Source: Rhizobiaceae bacterium
GTDB taxonomy: Bacteria > Pseudomonadota > Alphaproteobacteria > Rhizobiales > Rhizobiaceae
Assembly (NCBI GenBank): GCA_965250255.1
Contig: CBDFNP010000009.1
Span: forward strand, 127,722-191,721
Length of the DNA stretch: 64,000 nucleotides
Direction: 5' to 3'
Below are positions 10,399-20,796 of the stretch, one piece after another. Both the position numbers and the translations under genes were made by a program. Positions within the stretch are counted from its first letter, which is position 1. Every line of letters starts with the position of its first letter. The notes beneath the pieces were generated by a model, which made no database searches, was not told the origin of the DNA, and was given only the letters and a program-made list of their open reading frames with translations.

Positions 10399-10505
10399 CT
10401 ATAGCGTGTCGCTTTTTATTGGATTCATTTGGCACGCTATAAGTCATTGTTTTTACGCATTTCGTTATCACTTTTGTGAATTCACAAAAGTGCGAAAAGC
10501 TCTAG
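10399..10505 (-). repeat. Rep-A structured intergenic repeat, copy 1 (reverse orientation)
   Basis: The 107-bp reverse complement matches 26938-27043 and 60837-60943. It contains the perfect palindrome CACTTTTGTGAATTCACAAAAGTG and the hairpin arms CTATAGCGTG/CACGCTATAG. It lies between convergent genes. Confidence 0.85.
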
Positions 10506-10513
10506 CGTCGCTT

Positions 10514-11005
10514 TTATGCGTGCTGGATCAAATAGGGTTCAGCAAGAAAATGTTCTTCCAGATTGTTGCCTTCACCGCACCGGTCCACAATTACAAAATC
10601 TGTTCGCTTCTCAAGCGGTGTTAGTACAGCGTGCCAGATGTTGCGATGATAATTCACACCCTGTCCCGGCTCCGTCAAAAATGCCAGGGGAGCATCCGGT
10701 TTTCCGTCCTTATCCCCGGCAACGATTACCAGGAACGGATTTGGCTCAAGCGGAATAAAGGACTGGCTTCCCAGCGGATGCCGCTCCATCATCTCAAGCG
10801 TTAAGGGCAATTCATAGGGCGTGCCGCGACCAAGGCTGATGGCAACATGGCCGTCTTCACCCGTGATTTCGGGGTGGGCCAATGCGTGATAGCGGTCACA
10901 TTTGCCATTGTTGATGGCAAAGTCCGGCTCCCGGTTGAAGTCGATCAGACTTCCAAAGGGTGCGAACGCTCTTTGGCTTATCGGTTGGATGAAAAGGGTT
11001 TCCAT
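10514..11005 (-). CDS. allA: ureidoglycolate lyase
   Basis: 163 aa. The N-terminus ...QPISQRAFAPFGSLIDF... and the size match AllA-type ureidoglycolate lyases. Sits in a purine-catabolism context. Confidence 0.8.
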   Translation of the reverse strand: METLFIQPISQRAFAPFGSLIDFNREPDFAINNGKCDRYHALAHPEITGEDGHVAISLGRGTPYELPLTLEMMERHPLGSQSFIPLEPNPFLVIVAGDKDGKPDAPLAFLTEPGQGVNYHRNIWHAVLTPLEKRTDFVIVDRCGEGNNLEEHFLAEPYLIQHA

Positions 11006-11014
11006 TATGTAGGT

Positions 11015-11836
11015 TCACAATTTCATGTGCCGGTTTACGTCCTTGTAGAGTAAATACCGGAATTTGCCTGGACCGCCTGCATAGCAGGCTTGCGGACAAA
11101 ACGCGCGCAACCAAATAAAGTCACCTGCTTCGACTTCAACCCAATCCTGGTTCAGTCGATAAACAGCCTTGCCTTCAAGCACGTACAGACCATGCTCCAT
11201 CACGTGGGTTTCAGCAAACGGAATTACCGCACCCGGTTCGAAGGTGACAATTGTGACATGCATATCATGCCGCAGGTCATCGGGATCAACAAACCGCGTG
11301 GTCGCCCATTTGCCATCGGTATGTGCCATTGCTGTTGGTGCGATTTGCTGCTCATTTGTGACGAACGCTTCAGGAATGTCGATCCCGTCGACATACTCAT
11401 AGGCCTTGCGAATCCAGTGAAACCTTACAGGAACTTTGCCGGTGTTTTTTGCCGACCATTCGCCTGAAGGTGGGATGAACGCAAAACCGCCTGGTGCAAG
11501 AACATGCTCTTCACCTGAAAGCGAAAGGGAAAGTTCACCTTCCACAACAAATAATGCACCTTCAGCGTCCGGATCCGGGTCCGGCTGAGTGCTGCCGCCA
11601 CCGGGTTCGACTTCCATAATGTATTGCGAAAAAGTTTCTGCAAAGCCCGATAACGGTCTGGCCAAAACCCAGGCCTTTGTTTTGTTCCAGAACGGCAATC
11701 GGCTGGTAACAATATCCTGCATGACCCCTTTGGGAATAACCGCATATGCATCGGTAAAAACGGCTCGCCCTGTCAGCAATTCGGATTGTTTTGGCTGCCC
11801 CCCCTGCGGTGCATAGTAGGACGGATTACTCATCAC
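11015..11836 (-). CDS. (S)-ureidoglycine aminohydrolase (bicupin)
   Basis: 273 aa two-cupin protein (YlbA/AllE-like) between allA and the puuE-uraD fusion. Its start overlaps the upstream stop. Confidence 0.75.
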   Translation of the reverse strand: MMSNPSYYAPQGGQPKQSELLTGRAVFTDAYAVIPKGVMQDIVTSRLPFWNKTKAWVLARPLSGFAETFSQYIMEVEPGGGSTQPDPDPDAEGALFVVEGELSLSLSGEEHVLAPGGFAFIPPSGEWSAKNTGKVPVRFHWIRKAYEYVDGIDIPEAFVTNEQQIAPTAMAHTDGKWATTRFVDPDDLRHDMHVTIVTFEPGAVIPFAETHVMEHGLYVLEGKAVYRLNQDWVEVEAGDFIWLRAFCPQACYAGGPGKFRYLLYKDVNRHMKL

Positions 11837-13248
11837 AAACTCCCCGGGTTTTCAGAAAGCAGGTCGTTAAGGCGTAACCGCGCAATGCGTTCTACTTGTC
11901 CGCAAGCCGCCTTGAATTCTTGTTCTTGCGTGTTGGTGATACGGGTTTCAAATGCTTCCAGGATATGTTTCTTGTTCAAGCCCTTTACAGCGATGATAAA
12001 TGGAAAATGGAATTTGGCCTGGTAGGCTTCGTTCAGTTCGGTGAACTTTTTACGCTCACAATCCGTCAATGCATCAAGTCCGGCACCTGCCTGCTCACCA
12101 GTAGACGCATCAGTCAGCCGCTTTGCTGCTGCGAGCTTTCCAGCCAAATCCGGATGAGCATTCAGGACGCCGAGTTTTTCTTCATCACTGGCAGTTCGAA
12201 ACTGAACTGCCATCGCAGTATGAAGACCAACTGCTGTATCGTTTGCAGCCCCAAGCTCACCTTCATACGCGCGCTCTGCAACCCATTGTGAGTGTTCAAA
12301 CACGCCACCGAAGGTTTTCAGAAAATCGGCTTTGTTCATGCTCGACGGACGAAAGTTCTGCTTCATCGGTGGATGCCACTCTTTCCAGTGTTTTGCGATC
12401 TCAATTCTACGGGCAAACCAGACTTTTCCTTGCGATTGAGCGTAATCCAAAAACCTCGCCAGCGCAGCAGCTCTTCCAGGACGGCCAATTAACCGGCAAT
12501 GCAATCCAACATTCATGAGCTTCGGAGAGCCGTCAGTTCCCTCCCTGTACAGCGTGTCAAACGTGTCCTTGAGATAGCAGTAGAACTGATCGCCGGAGTT
12601 AAACCCTTGAGGTGTGGCAAACCGCATATCATTGCAGTCAAGCGTGTACGGGATTACCAGCTGATCTTTACCTTTGTGATGATGCCAGTAGGGGAGATCA
12701 TCCGCATAGCAGTCAGAAACATAATCGAAGCCGCCTTCTTCGGTGATCAGGTCCACGGTGTTTTGCGAACACCGCCCCGTATACCATCCACGCGGTTTCT
12801 CACCGGTTACGGCTTCATGCAGGCGTATTGCCTGTTTGATGTCAGCGCGTTCGTCTTTGCGTGAAAAGTCCTTGTATTCAATCCACTTCAGGCCATGAGA
12901 CGCAATTTCCCAACCTGCATCCTGCATTGCTGCAACTTGCGCCGGTGAGCGTTGCAGTGCGGTCGCTACACCATAAACGGTGACGGGAATTTTGCGCTCG
13001 GTGAACATTCGGTGAAGCCGCCAAAAGCCGGCACGTGCACCGTATTCGTAAATCGATTCCATGTTCCAATGGCGTTGGCCAGGCCAGGGTGCAGCACCTA
13101 CAATCTCTGAAAGGAAAGCCTCGGATGCCGCATCACCATGAAGAATGTTGTTTTCTCCACCTTCCTCATAATTGAGCACAAGCTGGATCGCGATTGCCGC
13201 ATCATTTGGCCAACGGACTTCGGGCGGCACGTCTCCATAACCTTGCAT
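11833..13248 (-). CDS. fusion protein: PuuE-type allantoinase (polysaccharide-deacetylase fold) N-terminal, OHCU decarboxylase (UraD) C-terminal
   Basis: 471 aa. The N-terminal ~300 aa (...LVLNYEEGGENNILHGD...) resemble PuuE. The C-terminal ~165 aa (...FGGVFEHSQWVAERA...LNAHPDLAGK...FPFIIAVKG) resemble UraD. Confidence 0.8.
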   Translation of the reverse strand: MQGYGDVPPEVRWPNDAAIAIQLVLNYEEGGENNILHGDAASEAFLSEIVGAAPWPGQRHWNMESIYEYGARAGFWRLHRMFTERKIPVTVYGVATALQRSPAQVAAMQDAGWEIASHGLKWIEYKDFSRKDERADIKQAIRLHEAVTGEKPRGWYTGRCSQNTVDLITEEGGFDYVSDCYADDLPYWHHHKGKDQLVIPYTLDCNDMRFATPQGFNSGDQFYCYLKDTFDTLYREGTDGSPKLMNVGLHCRLIGRPGRAAALARFLDYAQSQGKVWFARRIEIAKHWKEWHPPMKQNFRPSSMNKADFLKTFGGVFEHSQWVAERAYEGELGAANDTAVGLHTAMAVQFRTASDEEKLGVLNAHPDLAGKLAAAKRLTDASTGEQAGAGLDALTDCERKKFTELNEAYQAKFHFPFIIAVKGLNKKHILEAFETRITNTQEQEFKAACGQVERIARLRLNDLLSENPGSL

Positions 13249-13361
13249 ATCTCTGGGGTAACGGTCAGGCAGGGTACTTTCTCCGTATCTCTTTGGTCAC
13301 TTTATCTCGTTTCATTTTCACAAACTGTCTGAAAAATTCTGAAGAACATTCTGGCAAAGCT

Positions 13362-14267
13362 TCATCCGGCTATTTGTTTTTTGCATTCACGGACCATGAA
13401 CTCAATGAATAATCGCATCTTGGGGTCCTGCAGACGCTTGTGCGGGTATACGCAGGAAAAGGGCAATGGAGTAGGGGGTGAATTTTTGGCAACGCTAATC
13501 AGCTCTCCCGCCTTCAGATGCTCTGATACCTCGTATTCCGGCTTGTTGATGATACCACATCCGGATATTGCCCAGGCTGTCAGAACATCGCCGTCGTCGG
13601 ATTCCAGCGGGCTGTTAAACTCGTATTTCGTGATTTCGCCGTCTTCGCGCAGGCTCCAGTAAAATTCCGTCAGGCCCGGATATCGAAGGAGAAGGCATCT
13701 GTGATTGTCGGATATCAGATCCGCACCGCTTTTTGGCATGCCGTGACTGCTGACATAGTCAGGGGATGCGCACAGCATCCGCTGAAATTCGTGGATCGGG
13801 ACTACCCGGAGTTCGGAATCAATCAGCTGCCCAAGCACAAACGCTGCATCCAGTCCCTCATTGGTAATATCTACTTTTCGGTCAGAAAGCCTTAGCCGCA
13901 CATTGATATCGGGATATTTCTCCTGAAACAGCGGAACCAGGGGTGCAATGAGCTTTTTTCCAATACCCAATGGCGCCGATACAAAAATCGTACCCTTTGG
14001 GTTGGAAATAACATCGCTTATGCTGCCTTCAACCTCACTAATCGTGTCCAGTATCTTGATGGCGCCTTTGTAAAAAAGTTCACCTTGTTCGGTCGGCTTG
14101 AGATTGCGCGTCGTTCGGTTGAACAAGCGGATGCCGAGATGCTTTTCAAGTTCTGATACCCTGCTGCTCGAAACTGCCGGCGAAACCCTCAAATCACGCC
14201 CTGCTGCGGACATGCTTCCAAGTTCGTAAACACGAATGAAGGTTTTCAGATTGTTGACGTATGACAT
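13362..14267 (-). CDS. LysR-family transcriptional regulator
   Basis: 301 aa with an N-terminal wHTH (...GSMSAAGRDLRVSPAVSSSRVSELEKHLGIRLFNRTTR) and a LysR substrate-binding domain. Divergent from puuD. Confidence 0.9.
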   Translation of the reverse strand: MSYVNNLKTFIRVYELGSMSAAGRDLRVSPAVSSSRVSELEKHLGIRLFNRTTRNLKPTEQGELFYKGAIKILDTISEVEGSISDVISNPKGTIFVSAPLGIGKKLIAPLVPLFQEKYPDINVRLRLSDRKVDITNEGLDAAFVLGQLIDSELRVVPIHEFQRMLCASPDYVSSHGMPKSGADLISDNHRCLLLRYPGLTEFYWSLREDGEITKYEFNSPLESDDGDVLTAWAISGCGIINKPEYEVSEHLKAGELISVAKNSPPTPLPFSCVYPHKRLQDPKMRLFIEFMVRECKKQIAG

Positions 14268-14282
14268 AGGCTGGAAATACCA

Positions 14283-14295
14283 TTATATGAAATAA
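14283..14295. promoter_or_regulatory. candidate LysR box (T-N11-A, TTA-N7-TAA dyad)
   Basis: TTATATGAAATAA lies in the 106-bp divergent lysR/puuD intergenic region. Pattern match only. Confidence 0.3.
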
Positions 14296-14373
14296 TTTGA
14301 AAGTCTTAGAATTTTATTGATGTTCTAACCGGCTGCATCAATTGGCAAGGTAAGCCAAAGGGGAGAACCGATC

Positions 14374-15609
14374 GTGTATGACTTTGCAATACTGTTCGAG
14401 TGGCTGACAGTTGCGACCCGATGGGTGCATGTGATCACCGCGATTGCCTGGATCGGATCATCGTTTTATTTCATTGCGCTTGATCTTGGGCTTCACAAGC
14501 GCGACAAGCTGCCAAAGGGCGCTGCAGGGGATGAATGGCAGGTGCATGGCGGCGGCTTTTACCACATTCAGAAATACCTGGTCGCACCGTCCAAAATGCC
14601 CGAGGATCTGACCTGGTTCAAATGGGAGGCTTACAGCACCTGGCTATCGGGCTTTGTGCTTCTGTGTCTGGTGTATTATGCGGGCGCCGAATTATATCTG
14701 GTTGACCCGAATGTGTTGGACGTTTCTCCAACCACCGCAATTTTGATCTCGCTTTTATCAATCGGACTTGGCTGGATCATTTATGACATGCTGTGCAAAT
14801 CGCCACTCGGGGCTGATAATACTCGCCTCATGGTGCTTTTGTATTTCGTGCTTGTTGCAATGGCATGGGGGTATACCCAACTCTTCTCAGGCCGGGCAGC
14901 GCTGCTCCATCTTGGTGTTTTCACCGGTACCATCATGTCGGCAAATGTGTTTTTCATCATCATTCCCAACCAGAAGAAAGTTGTGGCTGATCTGATTGCA
15001 GGGAAAAGTCCGGACCCGGCACTTGGCATGCAGGCCAAACAGCGTTCCACACACAACAATTATCTGACATTACCGGTGCTGTTTTTGATGCTTTCAAATC
15101 ATGCGCCGCTGGCATTCGCAACCCGGTACAACTGGATTATTGCATCTCTTGTCTTTTTGATGGGAGTGAGCATAAGGCATTATTTCAACACCAAACACGC
15201 GCGAAAAGGCAATCCTACCTGGACTTGGCTCGTCACCGCTATTCTGTTTGTTATCATCGCATGGCTTTCAACCAACCCAAAAATATTCACAGACGCAGAA
15301 GAAGCCAAAGCGCTTACCCCTTATGAAACAAAATTTGCCAGTGCAGCCCAGTTCGATGATGTCCGCGATACCGTGTTGGGGCGATGTTCTATGTGTCATG
15401 CGGCAGAGCCGGTATGGGAAGGAATAATCTCGCCACCAAAGGGTGTCTTGCTGGAGACTGATGCTCAGATTGCCCGGCATGCGCGCGAGATATATTTGCA
15501 GGCTGGCCGCACCACAGCAATGCCGCCAGCAAACGTAACGCTGCTGGATAACACCGAGCGCGAACGCATTGTGGATTGGTATCGAACAGCTATCTCAGGA
15601 GGGTCATGA
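14374..15609 (+). CDS. puuD: membrane-bound urate hydroxylase, PuuD family (C-terminal cytochrome c domain)
   Basis: 411 aa polytopic membrane protein ending in a soluble domain with the heme-c motif CSMCH. GTG start preceded by AGGGGAG. Confidence 0.8.
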   Translation: MYDFAILFEWLTVATRWVHVITAIAWIGSSFYFIALDLGLHKRDKLPKGAAGDEWQVHGGGFYHIQKYLVAPSKMPEDLTWFKWEAYSTWLSGFVLLCLVYYAGAELYLVDPNVLDVSPTTAILISLLSIGLGWIIYDMLCKSPLGADNTRLMVLLYFVLVAMAWGYTQLFSGRAALLHLGVFTGTIMSANVFFIIIPNQKKVVADLIAGKSPDPALGMQAKQRSTHNNYLTLPVLFLMLSNHAPLAFATRYNWIIASLVFLMGVSIRHYFNTKHARKGNPTWTWLVTAILFVIIAWLSTNPKIFTDAEEAKALTPYETKFASAAQFDDVRDTVLGRCSMCHAAEPVWEGIISPPKGVLLETDAQIARHAREIYLQAGRTTAMPPANVTLLDNTERERIVDWYRTAISGGS

Positions 15610-15747
15610 TGATCTATCTGTTCGGGGAAATTTGGAGGTTTTCAAAATTTATTTGAAAGAGATGCAAATTGGAGAGCATTCAACATCGGTGTGATACAGT
15701 AGATAATTGTACGAAGTATCTGCCTGGCGGAATTGGGAGGAAACGCA

Positions 15748-16119
15748 ATGAGCGCCAAGGATATTGCTGACGGCAATATTGGACGTTTAACAACCCACGT
15801 GCTGGACACCGCTCGCGGCAAGCCGGCAGCTAACCTTGCTATCGAACTTTTCAGGATAAGCGGAGATGTTCGTGAGTTTCTGAAGTCAGTTCGCACAAAT
15901 AGCGACGGTCGGTGCGATGAACCCTTGCTTGAAGGTGATGGGCTGCGTGCTGGCGAGTACGAACTGAATTTTCATGTCAGGGAATATTTTGACCATTCTG
16001 CACAGGTGCCGTTCCTTGCAACAGTGCCTGTCCGCTTTGGTATTTCAAATCCGGACGAGCATTACCATGTGCCTCTGCTTGTTTCTCCCTTCAGCTATTC
16101 CACCTATCGCGGGAGCTGA
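15748..16119 (+). CDS. uraH: 5-hydroxyisourate hydrolase (transthyretin-like)
   Basis: [14 protein letters not shown]... and the diagnostic C-terminal tetrapeptide YRGS. ATG 15748 is preceded by GGGAGG. The ORF track starts earlier, at TTG 15733. Confidence 0.9.
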   Translation: MSAKDIADGNIGRLTTHVLDTARGKPAANLAIELFRISGDVREFLKSVRTNSDGRCDEPLLEGDGLRAGEYELNFHVREYFDHSAQVPFLATVPVRFGISNPDEHYHVPLLVSPFSYSTYRGS

Positions 16120-16124
16120 GTTCA

Positions 16125-17603
16125 GTGGTCAACATCCGTAACCAGATACGCTTCCTGCTCAACGATCAGATGATTGAACTGGATAAGGTTCCCTCATCAA
16201 TGACAGTGCTGGACTATCTCCGTTTGGAACGCCGCCTTTGTGGCACCAAGGAAGGATGCGCCGAAGGGGATTGTGGGGCATGTACTATTTTGGTCGGGCG
16301 TTTGACCGGCGGCGAACTTGTTTATGAAACAGTGAATGCCTGTATCCGCTTCGTGGGTTCACTCGACGGATGCCATGTCGTTACCATCGAGCATCTAAAA
16401 GCAAGCGATGGAACGCTTCACCCCATACAGCAGGCAATGGTTGGCCATCACGGCAGCCAGTGTGGATTCTGCACCCCGGGCATTGTTATGTCGCTTTATG
16501 GATTGTGGATGTCAAAGCCTGCACCGTCCAATCGCGAAGTTGAAACAGCCCTTCAGGGAAATCTTTGCAGATGCACCGGTTATGAGCCGATTGTCAGGGC
16601 AGCTCAAGCGGTATCAGCTTGTCCAGATAAGGATCCGCTGGTCGCCGAACGACATTCCACAATAGAGCGGCTGGAGGCTCTTCGGGATAATGCAAGGGTA
16701 GAGAACAAGGACACTGATGATTTGTTTATCCTTCCAGCATCGTTGGATGACCTGGCGAAGGTTAGAGCAGCTTATCCTGATTCAACAATTGTGGCAGGTT
16801 CAACAGATGTCGGGCTGTGGGTAACAAAGCACATGCGCCCAATCTCTCCAGCCATTTTCATTTCACATCTTGATGAGTTGCATCAGATCGAAAAGATCGA
16901 GGGCGGCCTGAGCATAGGCGCATGCGTTACCTACTCTGAACTGCTACCGGTCCTGAATGATCATTTGCCTGAACTGTGTGAGTATTGGGGGCGTATCGGC
17001 GGTACTCAGGTTAGAAACATGGGAACAGTTGGTGGCAATGTTGCCAATGGTTCCCCGATTGGCGATACGCCACCGGTACTGATTGCGCTTGGTGCGTCGC
17101 TAACCTTGCGATGCGGCAAAGAACAACGAACCATGCCACTGGAAGATTTTTTCATCGACTACGGAAAGCAGGATCGGCAAACAGGAGATTTTATTGAGGC
17201 AATTCACATCCCGTTCCCCGGCGATGGAGATCATTTTAAAGCCTATAAAATTTCAAAACGCCGGGATGAGGATATTTCCGCTGTGGCAGCGGCATTCCGT
17301 TTGTGCGTCGAAGGTGGAATTGTCACTAACGCGGTTCTTGCCTATGGCGGTATGGCGGCTACCCCAAAGCGCGCAAGTGCCGTTGAAAAACTGCTCATTG
17401 GCAAACCCTGGACACAAGACACGATTGTGAATGCCCTGCAGGGAATTGACGAAGACTTTACGCCGCTAAGTGATTGGCGCGCATCTTCTGCCTATCGAAG
17501 TCTGATCGCAAAAAACCTGCTGCGTCGGTTCTATTTGGAAATCACAGGTGAAGGTTCCAATACAGTTCTTGATCGCGACGCCTTTTTGGAGGCGGTATCA
17601 TGA
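16125..17603 (+). CDS. xdhA: xanthine dehydrogenase small subunit (2Fe-2S + FAD domains)
   Basis: 492 aa. CAEGDCGACT and CGFCTPG iron-sulfur motifs, then an FAD-binding domain. The stop overlaps the xdhB start. Confidence 0.9.
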   Translation: MVNIRNQIRFLLNDQMIELDKVPSSMTVLDYLRLERRLCGTKEGCAEGDCGACTILVGRLTGGELVYETVNACIRFVGSLDGCHVVTIEHLKASDGTLHPIQQAMVGHHGSQCGFCTPGIVMSLYGLWMSKPAPSNREVETALQGNLCRCTGYEPIVRAAQAVSACPDKDPLVAERHSTIERLEALRDNARVENKDTDDLFILPASLDDLAKVRAAYPDSTIVAGSTDVGLWVTKHMRPISPAIFISHLDELHQIEKIEGGLSIGACVTYSELLPVLNDHLPELCEYWGRIGGTQVRNMGTVGGNVANGSPIGDTPPVLIALGASLTLRCGKEQRTMPLEDFFIDYGKQDRQTGDFIEAIHIPFPGDGDHFKAYKISKRRDEDISAVAAAFRLCVEGGIVTNAVLAYGGMAATPKRASAVEKLLIGKPWTQDTIVNALQGIDEDFTPLSDWRASSAYRSLIAKNLLRRFYLEITGEGSNTVLDRDAFLEAVS

Positions 17604-19924
17604 ACCGGCAAGTTCAGATATCAGGAGCGCTCAAAGGCGCTGTACATCTCGATCAACACCATGACTCAGCTGTTAAACATGTCACCGGTGAAGCCATCTA
17701 CATTGACGATATTGTCGAACCAACGGGCTTGTTGCACGCCTATCTCGGCCTTTCGAATGTCGCCAATGGAGAAATAAGGAAGCTGGACCTTTCGAAGGTT
17801 CGTTCATCACCGGGCGTCACAGGTGTTCTGACGGCAGATGATATTCCAGGCGTCAATGATATCAGCCCCACGGGAAAAAACGATGAGCCGGTCTTTGCCG
17901 GAAGGGTGGATTTTCATGGCCAGGCACTCTTCGCCGTTGTTGCGGCGACCCGGGATCAGGCGCGAAAAGCTGCATCCCTGGCAAAAATTGTATGTAACGA
18001 AGCGCCTGCCATCGTCGATGTGGCTGATGCGCGAGGAGCAAATTATCCGTTTGTAACCGATCCACTGGTCTTGAAACGTGGCGATGCTGCTGAAGCCCTT
18101 GAAACCGCGCAAAACCGGATCAAGGGATCAATGCGGATTGGTGGACAGGATCACTTCTACCTTGAAAGCCATATTGCGTTGGCTGTTCCCGGCGAAGATG
18201 ACGATGTGATGGTTTATTCATCAACTCAACACCCTAGTGAAGTACAGCATATGGTCGCCCACGTGCTCGGGGTTTCATCCAATGCGGTCACTGTAAATCT
18301 GCGTCGCATGGGCGGTGCTTTCGGAGGTAAGGAAACCCAATCGAACCTGTTTGCGGCGGTCGCTGCACTTGCTGCCAAGAAATTCAATCGAGCAGTGAAG
18401 ATACGTCCCGACCGCGATGACGATATGATCGTAACCGGAAAACGTCATGATTTTCTGGTCGATTATGAAGTTGGCTTCGATGATGAAGGTGAGATCTGTG
18501 CTGTGGATGCTACCTTCGCAGCTCGTTGCGGTAGTTCCGCAGACCTTTCCGGCCCGGTTACCGATCGCACCTTGTTTCATGCAGACAATTGTTACTTCTA
18601 TCCCCATGTTCTGCTGAAGTCGGAGCCGTTTAAAACCAATACGGTTTCTAACACAGCTTTTAGAGGATTCGGTGGCCCACAAGGCATGATGGGCGCAGAA
18701 CGGATAATTGAGGAAATAGCCTATGCGCTGGGTCGCGACCCGCTCGATATCCGCAAGGTCAATTTCTACGGCGGAGAAGGACGAAATCTTACGCCCTATC
18801 ACCAGAATGTGGATGACAACATCGTTGAGAGACTGGTTGAGGAACTGGAAGCCGACTGCCGCTACCAGGAACGTCGCACGGCAATTCTGGAATTTAACAA
18901 AAGGAAAAATGTCGTCAGAAAGGGCATCGCTCTCACGCCGGTAAAGTTTGGTATCTCTTTCACGGCAACCTGGTTCAATCAGGCTGGCGCGCTGGTACAT
19001 ATTTATGCCGACGGTTCGATTCACCTCAATCACGGCGGTACCGAGATGGGGCAGGGGCTGAACACCAAAGTCGCGCAAGTTCTGGCTGACGAATTCCAGG
19101 TTGACCTGCCTCGTATAAAAATTACAGCGACCCATACCGGCAAGGTGCCAAACACATCCGCTACCGCAGCCTCATCAGGATCAGACCTGAACGGCATGGC
19201 TGCTGCAAATGCCGCTCAGCAGATTAAAGCAAGGTTGGTTGATTTTGCCTGTAAGAAATATCGAGTTAAGTCAGAAGAAATTGCGTTTGAGGCAAACGTG
19301 GTTCGGGTAGGAGGTCAAAGCATCGCGTTCAATGATTTCATCCGAGCTGCCTATATCGATAGGGTTCAACTTTCAGCCGCCGGATTTTATAAAACGCCGG
19401 ACATTCATTGGGACAGGGCAACAGGCAAGGGAAGGCCGTTTTATTATTTCGCTTATGGCGCTGCCGCATCACAAGTTAGCATTGATACGTTGACCGGTGA
19501 ATATCAGGTTGACCGGGTTGATATTCTGCACGATGTTGGACGTTCGCTAAATCCGGCGATAGACAAAGGCCAGATTGAAGGCGGCTTCGTTCAGGGCATG
19601 GGCTGGCTTACCACCGAGGAACTGTGGTGGGATGCTCACGGTAGATTGAGAACGCATGCACCTTCGACATACAAAATTCCGCTGGCTTCAGATCGACCGC
19701 GAATTTTCAATGTTGCATTGGCCGATTGGTCGGAAAATCGGGAGATGACAATACGGCGATCAAAGGCGGTGGGTGAGCCGCCGTTCATGTTGGCGATGTC
19801 TGTGCTTGAAGCCTTGTCGATGGCCGTGGCTTCCGAGGCAGACTATAAAGTTTGTCCGAGGCTTGACCCTCCTGCCACACCAGAATGTGTTCTGATGGCC
19901 CTCGAACGGATGCGGGGTAACTAG
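17600..19924 (+). CDS. xdhB: xanthine dehydrogenase molybdopterin-binding subunit
   Basis: 774 aa with RMGGAFGGKE, NTAFRGFGGPQG and GEPP motifs characteristic of XdhB. Confidence 0.95.
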   Translation: MNRQVQISGALKGAVHLDQHHDSAVKHVTGEAIYIDDIVEPTGLLHAYLGLSNVANGEIRKLDLSKVRSSPGVTGVLTADDIPGVNDISPTGKNDEPVFAGRVDFHGQALFAVVAATRDQARKAASLAKIVCNEAPAIVDVADARGANYPFVTDPLVLKRGDAAEALETAQNRIKGSMRIGGQDHFYLESHIALAVPGEDDDVMVYSSTQHPSEVQHMVAHVLGVSSNAVTVNLRRMGGAFGGKETQSNLFAAVAALAAKKFNRAVKIRPDRDDDMIVTGKRHDFLVDYEVGFDDEGEICAVDATFAARCGSSADLSGPVTDRTLFHADNCYFYPHVLLKSEPFKTNTVSNTAFRGFGGPQGMMGAERIIEEIAYALGRDPLDIRKVNFYGGEGRNLTPYHQNVDDNIVERLVEELEADCRYQERRTAILEFNKRKNVVRKGIALTPVKFGISFTATWFNQAGALVHIYADGSIHLNHGGTEMGQGLNTKVAQVLADEFQVDLPRIKITATHTGKVPNTSATAASSGSDLNGMAAANAAQQIKARLVDFACKKYRVKSEEIAFEANVVRVGGQSIAFNDFIRAAYIDRVQLSAAGFYKTPDIHWDRATGKGRPFYYFAYGAAASQVSIDTLTGEYQVDRVDILHDVGRSLNPAIDKGQIEGGFVQGMGWLTTEELWWDAHGRLRTHAPSTYKIPLASDRPRIFNVALADWSENREMTIRRSKAVGEPPFMLAMSVLEALSMAVASEADYKVCPRLDPPATPECVLMALERMRGN

Positions 19925-19927
19925 CGC

Positions 19928-20794
19928 ATGTACAAGGATCGTCACAACATAAACCGGTTTATCAAAACTGCGGGTCAACTGGCGATTGTGGAAATTGATG
20001 CAGTTCACGGTTCCACTCCCCGTGAGCAAGGTGCATGGATGCTGGTGGGAGAAGACCAGATTTTCCGAACGATTGGCGGTGGCCAGCTGGAAAATATTGC
20101 AATGGAGAAAGCACGCGAGCTGTTGAAAGCCAAAAATCCTGAACCGCTCCACATGCAGGTTCCGCTTGGACCACATATCGGGCAGTGTTGCGGCGGTACG
20201 GTAAATTTGCGGATTAGCTTGCTTGATCAATTAGCACTTCAGGCCTGTGTCGGACTTGTTGAAGAGGAAATATCCCGGTTGCCAGGGGTTTTGATATTTG
20301 GCGCGGGCCATGTCGGAAACGCACTCGCCGAGGCGCTGTCCTTGTTGCCGGTTCACCCGGTCCTCATCGACACCAGAAAAACCGCACTCGCATCTGCACC
20401 AAATGGCCTGGAAACTTGCCTGACCGCGATGCCTGAAAAACAGGTGCGCGATGCAAAGCCCGGAAGTTCGTTCATAATTCTGACACACGATCACAGCCTC
20501 GATTTTCTGATTGCAAAAGAAGCTTTGTCGAGAGGCGATGCAGCCTATGTAGGCATGATCGGTTCAAAGACGAAACGGGCGACCTTCAGAAATTGGCTAA
20601 GACGTGAAAATGGCAGCGAAGCCGGGATCGAACATCTCGTCTGTCCAATTGGAGATCCGTCGGCCAAAGACAAACGGCCTGAAGTGATTGCCGCTTTGGC
20701 ATCAGCGGAAATAATGGCGCATGTGCACCGGCGGTCATCACAAATTGCTGACACAGGTCAAGAACTGAACGTTCAACGGATTTCAGGGGGATAA
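19928..20794 (+). CDS. xdhC: xanthine dehydrogenase accessory protein XdhC
   Basis: 288 aa (...GQCCGG...IFGAGHVG...) immediately after xdhB. Confidence 0.85.
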   Translation: MYKDRHNINRFIKTAGQLAIVEIDAVHGSTPREQGAWMLVGEDQIFRTIGGGQLENIAMEKARELLKAKNPEPLHMQVPLGPHIGQCCGGTVNLRISLLDQLALQACVGLVEEEISRLPGVLIFGAGHVGNALAEALSLLPVHPVLIDTRKTALASAPNGLETCLTAMPEKQVRDAKPGSSFIILTHDHSLDFLIAKEALSRGDAAYVGMIGSKTKRATFRNWLRRENGSEAGIEHLVCPIGDPSAKDKRPEVIAALASAEIMAHVHRRSSQIADTGQELNVQRISGG

Positions 20795-20796
20795 CG

